In this document: positions 1 through 8,404 of the stretch, in pieces | Position numbering within the stretch: the stretch's first letter is position 1 | How the letters are laid out: each line of letters starts with the position of its first letter | Assembly (NCBI GenBank): GCA_013151535.1 | Contig: JAADIC010000155.1 | Location: 1-29,971 of the forward strand | Length of the DNA: 29,971 nt | Reading direction: 5' to 3' | Source of the DNA: Alphaproteobacteria bacterium | GTDB lineage: Bacteria > Pseudomonadota > Alphaproteobacteria > Rhodobacterales > Rhodobacteraceae | Notes under the pieces: model-generated | Told to the model about the DNA's origin: nothing | What the model saw: the letters and a program-made list of their open reading frames with translations, nothing else | Databases searched by the model: none | Made by a program: the position numbers and the translations under genes

Positions 1-1086
1 CTTGGTTTTCAGAACCGGCGCACCGCCAGCGGCTCCGCCCGTCTGATGTGGGGCAAAAACACCGGCCCTTTCCGGTTTGAAATCCACTCGCGGCTGTCAT
101 TCTCGCAAGGTGATGATGTGGCGTTTTCCGCCTTCTTTCCCGTCCCATTGCCAGCCACCCTGTTTGATCTGACCACAAGCTGGCTCAGCAACACCAACAC
201 AAGTGTCACCAACACAATCGACCGCCTGTCCGTCACCTATTCCACCAATAACATGGTGCTGAAAATCGGCCGCCAAGCCATCACATGGGGCAGTGGTATG
301 GTGTTTCATCCCGGCGATATCGTCGCCCCCTTCGCCCCGAACGCGCTTGATACCGCCTATAAACCCGGGGCCGATATGATCTATGGGCAGGTGTTGTTTG
401 ACAGTGGGGCCGATATCCAGCTTATTGCCGTGCCGCGTGGCGCGGTGCTGAATGGCCCGATCCTGTTTTCCGCCAGCACCTATGCGCTGCGCGGCCAGTT
501 TCAACTGGCATCACTTGATGCCAGTCTGATGCTGGCGCGTGATCGCGGTGATTCTGTTGCCAGTGTCGGGCTAAGCGGTGCGCTTGGCGGGGCGTCGTGG
601 AATGCCGAATATGTCGGCTGGAGGCTGGCGGATGGCACGGCTTACCCGTCTTATCTGTTCAACATCAGCAATTTTTCCACGTTGGGGACGCTGAATATCT
701 CGTATTTCGGCGAATATTTTCACAACGGTTTTGGGGTTGCGGCGGCGGTTCCGCTTGATGCTTTGCCCGCCAGTCTCAGCAAGCGCATGTCAACCGGGCA
801 GGTGTTTTTGCCCGGCATGGATTTTCTGGCGCTTGGGGCGGCGCTGCAAGTGACGCCGGACCTGTCGGTCAGCCCCAGCGCATTGCTCAGCCTTGATGAT
901 CGCAGTGCGCTGGCCTCGCTTGGTGTCAACTATACGTTGGGGGACAATACCAACTTCGTGGTCAATTATTCCCAGCCCTTTGGCCCCGTCGGCAGTGAAT
1001 TTGGTGGCCGGGAAACCTCGGCTGGATCGGGCGTTTATGGTATGCCGCCGCGTTCACTGAGCCTGCAACTGGTGCATTTCTTTTGA
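1..1086 (+). CDS. Hypothetical outer-membrane beta-barrel-like protein (5'-truncated by window edge)
   Basis: Frame is open from base 1 (LGFQNRRTASGSARL-MWGK...) to TGA 1084-1086. Alternating hydrophobic beta-strand pattern, aromatic-rich, ends in ...SLSLQLVHFF (terminal Phe, BAM beta-signal-like). Family not recognised. Confidence 0.65.
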   Translation, partial: LGFQNRRTASGSARLMWGKNTGPFRFEIHSRLSFSQGDDVAFSAFFPVPLPATLFDLTTSWLSNTNTSVTNTIDRLSVTYSTNNMVLKIGRQAITWGSGMVFHPGDIVAPFAPNALDTAYKPGADMIYGQVLFDSGADIQLIAVPRGAVLNGPILFSASTYALRGQFQLASLDASLMLARDRGDSVASVGLSGALGGASWNAEYVGWRLADGTAYPSYLFNISNFSTLGTLNISYFGEYFHNGFGVAAAVPLDALPASLSKRMSTGQVFLPGMDFLALGAALQVTPDLSVSPSALLSLDDRSALASLGVNYTLGDNTNFVVNYSQPFGPVGSEFGGRETSAGSGVYGMPPRSLSLQLVHFF

Positions 1087-1157
1087 CATCATAACCGCCG
1101 CGATGGCTGTCAACGGCGCGAATTCGCTGAAAATTCACCCCATTTGCCGGCCAAATG

Positions 1158-1174
1158 TTAAGCCAATCGTTAAC
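1158..1174. promoter_or_regulatory. CtrA-like site, non-canonical spacing (TTAA-N8-TTAAC), upstream of the mprF-like gene
   Basis: TTAA GCCAATCG TTAAC. Canonical CtrA box is TTAA-N7-TTAA, so spacing is off by one. Confidence 0.25.
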
Positions 1175-1215
1175 TTTCCCCGCCACCCTGCTTTCAGGTG
1201 GGAAATGGGGAAAAT

Positions 1216-3135
1216 ATGGCAACTTCCGTGGTGATGATCCGGCGTTTTGCCGGCGGTATTTTTGTGGTGGCGGGGCGACCTTACGCCCGTAATCTGCCGG
1301 TTTTGGCGATTGGCCTGTGGTTCGCGTGGCTGCTGGTTGGCCGCCTTCAGGATTATGATCTGGTCGCGGTCCGAACCGCGCTAAACCAAATATCCGCATG
1401 GCAATGGCTGGGCGCGGGTCTGGCCACCGCGATCAGCTTTGCGGCGGTGGCGGGGTATGATGTGGTCACCTTGCGCGCGCTGGGGTTTCGGGTTTCAAGG
1501 CGTCGGGCGTTGCGCGCCGGATTTGTCGCAACCTCGTTGGCCCAGCTTGTCGGGCTTGGCCTTGCCTCGGGTGCGCTGGCGCGTTGGCGGATGCTGGATC
1601 CGGCCCGCCTGTCGCTGTGGCAGGCCTCGGTGCTGACCATTGCCGTGACCACCGGATTTCTGGCCGCCGCTGGTGTGTTCACCGCCGTTGCAGCCCTGCT
1701 TTGGTTACCAATGCCCATGCTCTGGGCGCTGATCGCGGGTGCGGTTTTGCTGGGCTTTGGGGCGATGATCGGGCTGAGTATCCTGCGCCCGCGCTGGATC
1801 ATTCTGGGCCGCCAACTGGCCTGGCCCAAGCTGAAAACAATCATGCAAATCAGTGGTTTATGCGTGATCGATATGGGTTTTGCGGCGCTGGCGTTCTGGC
1901 TGTTGTTTCCAGCGGATGTCGGGATCAGCCTGCTGACGCTGTTGCCGGTTTTCCTGCTGGCCACCGGGGTTGGTATCCTGTCCGGCGTGCCCGGCGGGGT
2001 TGGCCCGTTCGAGCTGACTTGTCTGGCGTTTTTGCCGCTCGAAGGCCAGGCACCGCTGCTGGCGGCCATATTCGGGTTCCGGCTGGTCTATTATCTTCTG
2101 CCGGGTGTTTTGGGTTTTGCCCTTTTGGCGCAGACCGAATGGCAGGGCCGTGGCCGGGATGCGCCGGATTTGTACGATGCGCCGGGTCGGCGGCGCTCTG
2201 CCAATGTTGTGGCGGGGCTGACAAATCGGGCTGCGCGGGCCGAGGCGCGGCTGATCGATACAGACGAATTTGACTGGCTTTTGCACCCGACAAGGGCGGC
2301 CTATCTGCTGGTCAGCGAGGCCGGAAACTCTTTGATTGCCCTGTCTGACCCGGTCGGTGTGCCGGCCTGCTGGGGCGATTTGATGCAAAACCTCAAGGCC
2401 GAGGCGCAGGCGCGCAATTTGACACCGGTCCTTTACAAAATCGGGGCAGGGGCGGCGCAGTGCGCCCGGGATGCCGGGCTCAAAACCTATTTGATCGGGC
2501 AGGAGGCGTGGCTTGACCCGCAAACCTTCACAACCGAGGGGCGGGCCAAACGCAGTTTGCGGCGCAAGCTGAAAGTGGTGGCGGCGCAGCGTTTGCGGAT
2601 TGAACCCTGCGACGCCGACATTCTGCCGCTGGGTCAGATGCAGGCGGTGTCGGATGAATGGGCGGCGCGCCGTGGTGGCGCGCGCGGGTTTTCCATGGGA
2701 AGGTTCCGGCAAAACAGCGCCGATCAGCACCGGTTTTATCTGGCCTGGCAGGGCGGGCGGCTGCTCGGGTTCATCGGGCTTTGGCAGACCGATCAGGAGG
2801 TCGCGCTTGATCTGATGCGCACAGCGGACGCGGCCCCTTGCGGCACCATGCACGCGCTGGTTCACGGCGCGATCAAGGATGCAGCTTTGCGCGATTGCCG
2901 GCGGTTTTCACTGGCCTCGGTGCCGTTTTCAGGGCTGGAAGCGGCGGTAAACGCCCCGGAAAGGTTTTGTCACTGGCTGTATCAAACGCAATCCGCGCGC
3001 CATGGCGGCCAAGGCCTCTACCAGTTCAAACAGTCGTTCCGCCCGAATTGGGAACCGCGCTATCTGGCCAGCACCGGTGCATTTTGCGCCGCCATTGCCG
3101 GGATCGATATATCGCGGCGGATCGTTGAGCCCTAG
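1216..3135 (+). CDS. mprF: MprF-like aminoacyl-phosphatidylglycerol synthase/flippase (multi-TM N-terminus plus DUF2156-type transferase domain)
   Basis: About 310 hydrophobic N-terminal residues with GGVGPFE motif. C-terminal LDLMR and GLYQFKQSFRPNWEPRY match the aaPG-synthase consensus. ATG 1216 follows GGGGA (alternative GTG 1198). Confidence 0.8.
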   Translation: MATSVVMIRRFAGGIFVVAGRPYARNLPVLAIGLWFAWLLVGRLQDYDLVAVRTALNQISAWQWLGAGLATAISFAAVAGYDVVTLRALGFRVSRRRALRAGFVATSLAQLVGLGLASGALARWRMLDPARLSLWQASVLTIAVTTGFLAAAGVFTAVAALLWLPMPMLWALIAGAVLLGFGAMIGLSILRPRWIILGRQLAWPKLKTIMQISGLCVIDMGFAALAFWLLFPADVGISLLTLLPVFLLATGVGILSGVPGGVGPFELTCLAFLPLEGQAPLLAAIFGFRLVYYLLPGVLGFALLAQTEWQGRGRDAPDLYDAPGRRRSANVVAGLTNRAARAEARLIDTDEFDWLLHPTRAAYLLVSEAGNSLIALSDPVGVPACWGDLMQNLKAEAQARNLTPVLYKIGAGAAQCARDAGLKTYLIGQEAWLDPQTFTTEGRAKRSLRRKLKVVAAQRLRIEPCDADILPLGQMQAVSDEWAARRGGARGFSMGRFRQNSADQHRFYLAWQGGRLLGFIGLWQTDQEVALDLMRTADAAPCGTMHALVHGAIKDAALRDCRRFSLASVPFSGLEAAVNAPERFCHWLYQTQSARHGGQGLYQFKQSFRPNWEPRYLASTGAFCAAIAGIDISRRIVEP

Positions 3136-4439
3136 CTTTCGCCAAACACCCGCGCAAAGATCGTATCCACATGCTTGGTGTGATAGGCGGTGTCGAATTT
3201 GTCCCTGATCTCGGCCTCGCTCAAGGCGGCGGTAACGTCGGTATCGGCAAGCAATTCGCTCATGAAATCCTTGCCCTGTTGCCAGACTTTCATGGCATTG
3301 CGCTGGACCAGTTTGTAAGCATCCTCGCGGCTTACACCGGCCTGGGTCAGGGCCAGAAGCACCCGCTGGCTCATCACCAGACCACGGAATTTATTCATGT
3401 TTGCCAGCATGTTATCCGGATAGATCACCAGCTTGTCGACCAGACCCGTCAAACGCGCCAGCGCGAAATCAAGGATGATGGTGGTGTCAGGGCCGATATT
3501 GCGCTCCACGGATGAATGCGAAATGTCACGCTCATGCCAAAGCGCCACATTCTCCATTGCCGGCACCACAGACATCCGCACGAGGCGCGCCAGACCTGTC
3601 AGATTTTCGCTGAGAACCGGGTTGCGTTTATGCGGCATGGCGGAGGAGCCTTTTTGGCCTTTGGAGAAAAACTCCTCGGCCTCAAGCACCTCGGTGCGCT
3701 GCATATGGCGGATTTCGGTGGCGATGTTTTCGATGCTTGACCCCACGACACCAAGGGCTGCGAAAAACGCCGCATGACGGTCGCGCGGAATGACCTGTGT
3801 GCTGATCGGTTCCGGTTCCAGCCCCAGCTTGGCGCAAACATGTTCCTCGACCTTGGGGTCAATATTGGCAAACGTGCCGACAGCACCAGAAATCGCGCCG
3901 GTGGCAATCTCGGCCCGCGCGGTTTTCAGACGGGTCAGATTTCGATCCATCTCGGCGTAAAACCGGGCGAAAGTCAGGCCCATGGTGGTTGGTTCGGCGT
4001 GAATGCCGTGCGAGCGCCCGATGCGCACGGTCATTTTATGTTCAAGGGCGCGGCGTTTGAGGGCAGCCAGCAAGGCCTCAATATCGGCGATCAGAATGTC
4101 GCTGGCGCGCACCAGTTGCACGTTGAAACAGGTGTCTAAAACGTCCGAGCTGGTCATGCCCTGATGCACGAACCGCGCCTCGTCATTGCCGATAATTTCC
4201 GCCAGATGGGTCAGGAATGCGATGACGTCATGCTTGGTCACGGCCTCGATTTCATCAATCCGGGCCACGTCAAACTCCGTATCGCGCGCCTTCCAGACGG
4301 CTTCGGCGTTTTCGCGCGGGATCACGGCCAGATCGGCCATGGCGTCACAGGCATGTGCCTCGATCTCGTACCAGATGCGAAATTTCGTGGCGGGCGACCA
4401 GATTTGAACCATCTCGGGGCGGGAATAGCGGGGGATCAT
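3132..4439 (-). CDS. purB: Adenylosuccinate lyase
   Basis: Starts MIPRYSRPEM (ATG 4439, not the ORF-track 4505). Contains TKHDVIAF, RSHGIHAEPTT and fumarase-superfamily signature GSSAMPHKRNP. Confidence 0.97.
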   Translation of the reverse strand: MIPRYSRPEMVQIWSPATKFRIWYEIEAHACDAMADLAVIPRENAEAVWKARDTEFDVARIDEIEAVTKHDVIAFLTHLAEIIGNDEARFVHQGMTSSDVLDTCFNVQLVRASDILIADIEALLAALKRRALEHKMTVRIGRSHGIHAEPTTMGLTFARFYAEMDRNLTRLKTARAEIATGAISGAVGTFANIDPKVEEHVCAKLGLEPEPISTQVIPRDRHAAFFAALGVVGSSIENIATEIRHMQRTEVLEAEEFFSKGQKGSSAMPHKRNPVLSENLTGLARLVRMSVVPAMENVALWHERDISHSSVERNIGPDTTIILDFALARLTGLVDKLVIYPDNMLANMNKFRGLVMSQRVLLALTQAGVSREDAYKLVQRNAMKVWQQGKDFMSELLADTDVTAALSEAEIRDKFDTAYHTKHVDTIFARVFGES

Positions 4440-4476
4440 GGGCTGACCTTTTCGTGGGGTGGACTGGGCTGGGTGC

Positions 4477-4505
4477 CTCTTAGACTGCCCGGCAATGGGG
4501 GACAA
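4477..4505 (-). promoter_or_regulatory. Predicted sigma70-type promoter of purB
   Basis: Minus strand TTGTCC-N17-TAAGAG, -10 element ending 37 nt upstream of the purB ATG. Confidence 0.45.
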
Positions 4506-4520
4506 GAGCGCGAGCGTCGC

Positions 4521-4580
4521 ATGGCGGACACCCCGAACATTGTTGGCGATTTTGCTGCCTTTATTGGGCTAACGGGCTAG
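4521..4580 (+). pseudogene. 19-codon micro-ORF MADTPNIVGDFAAFIGLTG*, possible truncated gene remnant running into the octamer array
   Basis: ATG 4521 divergent from purB. The stop TAG 4578-4580 is supplied by unit 2 of the repeat array. Confidence 0.25.
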
Positions 4581-4621
4581 CGGACTAGCGGGTTAATGCG
4601 CTAGCGGGCTAGCGGACTAGC
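4566..4621 (+). repeat. Degenerate 7 x 8-bp tandem array, consensus GGGCTAGC
   Basis: GGGCTAAC GGGCTAGC GGACTAGC GGGTTAAT GCGCTAGC GGGCTAGC GGACTAGC. Exact 8-bp phase, and the 16-mer GGGCTAGCGGACTAGC recurs at 32-bp spacing. Confidence 0.9.
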
Positions 4622-4727
4622 GCAGGGATGGCCTGCTCTGTGAAGTGTTGGGCACCCCCAAGGTCCCGACCGACCAAAATTCCGAGCATAATTCCGGTTT
4701 CCGGCCCCCGAAAACCGGCCATTTGTC

Positions 4728-4739
4728 GGTATATATACC
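4728..4739. promoter_or_regulatory. Perfect 12-bp palindrome GGTATATATACC upstream of bioY (candidate operator)
   Basis: Palindrome seen directly. Inner 10-mer GTATATATAC matches the alphaproteobacterial BioR box TTATMKATAA at 8/10, with both terminal bases changed. Confidence 0.4.
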
Positions 4740-4830
4740 CAATAGCGCCGGTTTTGCCCTGTTTGCACTTGCAGCATGATCCATGCTTGGGCAAAACAGG
4801 CCCAGTGAAACTGAAATCGAGGGAAAATTG

Positions 4831-5430
4831 ATGGCAATGCAGATGACAGGCACAGTTTTAAGCGAAGAAATCCTGCCAGCCGAGGGCGCGGCCCTGTGGG
4901 TAAAACGCGCGGTTCTGGTGGGTTTCGGCATTCTGGCGTTGGCGGCGTCTTCCAAAATTTCCATTCCGGTCGGCCCGGTTCCGGTGACCATGGGCACGTT
5001 CGCGGTGCTGACTATCGGTGCCGCCTATGGCGCGCGTCTGGGGCTGGTGACGATGCTGGGTTATATGCTGATCGGCATGCTGGGCTTTGACGTTTTCGCC
5101 AAGACCACGGCGGAACTGAACGGCTGGGAATATATGACAGGCTCTACCGGCGGCTATCTGCTGGGTTTTGTGCTGGCGACTTTGGTACTTGGCGCGTTGG
5201 CGCGTAAAGGCTGGGATCGCAGCCCGGTCAAAATGGCGCTGGCCATGGTTCTGGGCAATGTGCTGATCTATATCCCGGGCATCCTGTGGCTGGGTCAGCT
5301 TTACGGCTGGGACAAGCCAATTTTGGATTGGGGGCTTTATCCGTTCCTGGTGGCTGACGGGATCAAGCTGGTTCTGGCTGCGATGATCCTGCCAGCGCTT
5401 TGGGCGATTGTGGGTAAAGCGCGCGGCTAA
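4831..5430 (+). CDS. bioY: Biotin transporter S-component BioY (no bioMN adjacent)
   Basis: IPVGPVPVTMGTF, GLPVFA-like GFDVFA and GSTGGYLLGF motifs; all hydrophobic. ATG 4831 preceded by GAGGGA. Confidence 0.93.
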   Translation: MAMQMTGTVLSEEILPAEGAALWVKRAVLVGFGILALAASSKISIPVGPVPVTMGTFAVLTIGAAYGARLGLVTMLGYMLIGMLGFDVFAKTTAELNGWEYMTGSTGGYLLGFVLATLVLGALARKGWDRSPVKMALAMVLGNVLIYIPGILWLGQLYGWDKPILDWGLYPFLVADGIKLVLAAMILPALWAIVGKARG

Positions 5431-5450
5431 GGGCGCATCGCTTAATATCT

Positions 5451-5494
5451 AACAAAAAAGGGCGCGGGGTTTGATTCCCGCGCCCTTTTTGTTT
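5451..5494. terminator. Bidirectional intrinsic terminator between convergent bioY and gltA
   Basis: AACAAAAAAGGGCGCGGG-GTTTGATT-CCCGCGCCCTTTTTGTT: GC stem flanked by A- and T-tracts. Confidence 0.92.
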
Positions 5495-5509
5495 GTGTCG
5501 GCATTACGC

Positions 5510-6805
5510 TTAACGCTTTTCCACATCCACATAATCGCGGTTCGCCGCACCGGTATAAAGCTGGCGCGGGCGGCCGATTTTCTGGGTTGGGTCGGCGATC
5601 ATCTCTTTCCACTGGGCGATCCAGCCAACTGTGCGGCTGAGCGCGAAGATCGGTGTGAACATCGAGGTCGAGAACCCCATCGCATCCAGAATGATACCCG
5701 AATAGAAATCCACATTCGGGTACAGCTTTTTACTGATGAAATACTCATCCTCAAGCGCGATCCGCTCAAGCTCTTTCGCCACTTGCAGGGTTGGGTTATT
5801 TTCAATCCCCAGCAGCCCCAGAACCTCGTCGGCACTTTCCTTCATCACCTTGGCGCGCGGGTCAAAGTTTTTGTACACCCGATGGCCAAAGCCCATCAGG
5901 CGGAACGGGTCATTCTTGTCCTTGGCGCGCGCCACATATTCAGGGATGCGATCAACCGTGCCGATTTCGCGCAGCATCGACAAAGCCGCCTCGTTGGCAC
6001 CTCCATGGGCAGGGCCCCACAAGCAGGCAATGCCCGCCGCGATACAGGCAAACGGGTTGGCCCCGGAAGACCCCGCAAGCCGCACGGTCGAGGTCGAGGC
6101 GTTCTGCTCGTGATCCGCATGCAGCGTGAATATCCGGTCCATGGCGCGGCTCAGGATCGGGTTAACCTCGTATTCTTCAGCCGGAACCGCGAAACACATG
6201 CGCAGGAAATTCGCCGCATAATCCAGATCGTTGCGCGGATAGACGAACGGCTGGCCGATCGAATATTTGAAAGCCATGGCCGCGATGGTTGGCAGCTTGG
6301 CGATCATACGGATCGAGGCGATCTCGCGTTGCATCGGATCGTTGATATCGGTGCTGTCGTGGTAAAATGCCGACATCGCCCCAACCACGCCAACCATGGT
6401 CGCCATCGGGTGGGCATCGCGCCGGAAACCACGGAAAAAGTTGTGCATCTGCTCATGCACCATGGTGTGATTGGTCACCCGGCTTTCAAAATCGTCCAGC
6501 TCGTCGGCCGAGGGCAGTTCGCCATAAAGCAGCAGGTAACAGACTTCGAGGTAATGGGATTTTTCCGCCAACTGATCGATGGGATAACCGCGATACAGCA
6601 GCTCGCCCTTTTCGCCATCAATGAAGGTGATGTCCGATTGGCACGACGCGGTCGAGGTGAAGCCGGGGTCATAGGTGAATATATCGGCATCCGCATACAG
6701 CCGGCCGATGTCGACGACATCGGGGCCAAGAACGGGGGATTTCATCGGCAATTCAAATGTTTTGCCATCAAAGCTCAGCGTCGCGGTTTTCGGGCTTTCT
6801 GCCAT
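5510..6805 (-). CDS. gltA: Citrate synthase (type II)
   Basis: [62 protein letters not shown]. Start MAESPK at ATG 6805 behind GAGAGGTAGG. Confidence 0.98.
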   Translation of the reverse strand: MAESPKTATLSFDGKTFELPMKSPVLGPDVVDIGRLYADADIFTYDPGFTSTASCQSDITFIDGEKGELLYRGYPIDQLAEKSHYLEVCYLLLYGELPSADELDDFESRVTNHTMVHEQMHNFFRGFRRDAHPMATMVGVVGAMSAFYHDSTDINDPMQREIASIRMIAKLPTIAAMAFKYSIGQPFVYPRNDLDYAANFLRMCFAVPAEEYEVNPILSRAMDRIFTLHADHEQNASTSTVRLAGSSGANPFACIAAGIACLWGPAHGGANEAALSMLREIGTVDRIPEYVARAKDKNDPFRLMGFGHRVYKNFDPRAKVMKESADEVLGLLGIENNPTLQVAKELERIALEDEYFISKKLYPNVDFYSGIILDAMGFSTSMFTPIFALSRTVGWIAQWKEMIADPTQKIGRPRQLYTGAANRDYVDVEKR

Positions 6806-6882
6806 GTTCCTACCTCTCAATGTTTAGTCCCGAGTCCTGGCACGTCCAAAACCCGTTCAAGCGCCCCCTATAAAGGGAACCC

Positions 6883-6904
6883 TTAAAGCATTCATTAACC
6901 TTTC
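6883..6904. promoter_or_regulatory. CtrA-like site upstream of gltA
   Basis: Minus strand reads TTAA-N7-TTTA (6898-6884), one mismatch from the CtrA box. Includes TTAACCTTTC, also present at 8356. Confidence 0.3.
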
Positions 6905-6945
6905 CCGGAGGGTGGCTGATCCGTCAGCCCCGGTTTGGCCAATCC

Positions 6946-8349
6946 TCAGACAGCCGCGTCTTCCAGCCGCGCGATTGTCTCGTCTTGTCCGATCAGGAGC
7001 ATGACATCAAACACGCTTGGCGACACTATGCGCCCGGTCAGGGCCGCGCGCAGAGGCTGGGCCACCTGACCGAGTTTGAGGGATTGCGCATTTGCAAAGT
7101 CACGCATAACCGCCTCAAGACTGTCATGTTCCCACTTAGCATCGCGCAGGCGCGGCGTCAATCGGTTCAGCATACCGCGGGATACAGAATCAAGCGTTTG
7201 TGACGCGCCGGCATTCGGCTTGAAAGGCCGTACCGACAGAATAAAGTGGGCCTTTTCAATAAGTTCCGGTAATAGCTTGGCGCGTTGTTTCAACACCGGC
7301 ATCGCGTGCTGCAACGCGGCAATTTGCCGTTGATCCAACGGGTTTTGACCGGTCGCCGCCAGAAATGCGATAATCTCGGCCACAAGGTCGGCGTCATCCG
7401 TCGCGCGGATATGCTGGCCTGACAGATTATCCAGCTTTTTGAAGTCAAACCTTGCCGGGGCCTTGCCGATCCCGGCCAGTGAAAACCATTCAATCGCCTG
7501 CTCGTCGGTGAAAAATTCGTCATTACCATGGCTCCAGCCAAGCCGCGCCAGATAATTGCGCATGGCGGCGGGCAGATAGCCCATATCGCGGTATTCCTGC
7601 ACCCCAAGTGCCCCGTGACGTTTCGACAATTTCTTGCCGTCAGGGCCGTGGATCAGCGGAATATGGGCGAAGGTCGGAACCTTCCAGCCCATGGCCAGAT
7701 AAATAAACGTCTGGCGCGCGGCGTTTGACAAGTGGTCATCGCCCCGGATCACATGCGTCACGCCCATATCGTGGTCATCCACAACCACCGCCAGCATATA
7801 GGTCGGGCTACCGTCAGCGCGCAGCAGCACCAGATCATCAAGCGTGTCCTTGCGAAACGTGACCTTGCCCTGCACCTTGTCCTTGATGGTAATTTCACCG
7901 TCTTTCGGGGCTTTCAGGCGGACAACAAAAGGAGCATCGGGGTGGCTGGCCGGATCGGCATCACGCCACGGGCTTTGGAACAGGGTGGCCGCACCGGATG
8001 CACGGGCCTTGTCGCGCGCCGCTTCAATCTCGTCCTTGCTCGAGAAACACTTATAGGCGTGACCCGTCGCCAGCATTTCATGGGCGACTTCTGCGTGGCG
8101 CTCAAGGCGCGAGGCCTGCGAGATCGCCTCGCCATCCCAATCCAGCCCCAGCCATTTAAGGCCGGTGAATATCGCTTGTGTCGCCTCGTCGGTGGAGCGC
8201 GCGCGATCCGTATCTTCGATTCGCAACACGAATTTGCCGTCATTGGCGCGGGCAAACAGCCAGTTGAACAGGGCGGTGCGCGCGCCACCAATATGCAAAT
8301 ACCCCGTGGGCGAGGGGGCAAAACGGGTGACGACAGAAGGATCGGGCAT
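6946..8349 (-). CDS. gltX: Glutamate--tRNA ligase
   Basis: [17 protein letters not shown] (HIGH), [21 protein letters not shown] (KMSKS-like). Confidence 0.98.
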   Translation of the reverse strand: MPDPSVVTRFAPSPTGYLHIGGARTALFNWLFARANDGKFVLRIEDTDRARSTDEATQAIFTGLKWLGLDWDGEAISQASRLERHAEVAHEMLATGHAYKCFSSKDEIEAARDKARASGAATLFQSPWRDADPASHPDAPFVVRLKAPKDGEITIKDKVQGKVTFRKDTLDDLVLLRADGSPTYMLAVVVDDHDMGVTHVIRGDDHLSNAARQTFIYLAMGWKVPTFAHIPLIHGPDGKKLSKRHGALGVQEYRDMGYLPAAMRNYLARLGWSHGNDEFFTDEQAIEWFSLAGIGKAPARFDFKKLDNLSGQHIRATDDADLVAEIIAFLAATGQNPLDQRQIAALQHAMPVLKQRAKLLPELIEKAHFILSVRPFKPNAGASQTLDSVSRGMLNRLTPRLRDAKWEHDSLEAVMRDFANAQSLKLGQVAQPLRAALTGRIVSPSVFDVMLLIGQDETIARLEDAAV

Positions 8350-8355
8350 GATTTG

Positions 8356-8372
8356 TTAACCTTTCAGCAACC
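8356..8372. promoter_or_regulatory. Degenerate CtrA-like site in the 55-bp gltX/comEC divergent promoter
   Basis: TTAA-CCTTTCA-GCAACC (one perfect half-site, N7 spacing). comEC belongs to the CtrA-dependent DNA-uptake genes in Rhodobacter capsulatus. Confidence 0.4.
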
Positions 8373-8404
8373 ATAAGCTGGCAGAGTAGCACGCTGTTTA
8401 GGCA

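Noticed and set aside
4783-4830. ORF-track N-terminal extensions (bioY 4783, purB 4505, gltA 6820, trpE 18390, ppiD 20251, aminotransferase 22799, MFS 29002)
   Set aside because: Downstream ATGs have better RBS context or family-typical N-termini, and several extensions overlap promoters or neighbouring genes.
5471-6886. 471-aa ORF antisense to gltA, and similar long shadow ORFs opposite mprF, purB, lexA, ppiD and cimA
   Set aside because: They lie exactly opposite well-conserved genes, show no motifs, and are expected from high-GC codon bias.
6914-6929. GGCTGA-TCCG-TCAGCC hairpin after the gltX stop
   Set aside because: 6-bp stem with no U-tract on the gltX strand; too weak to call a terminator.
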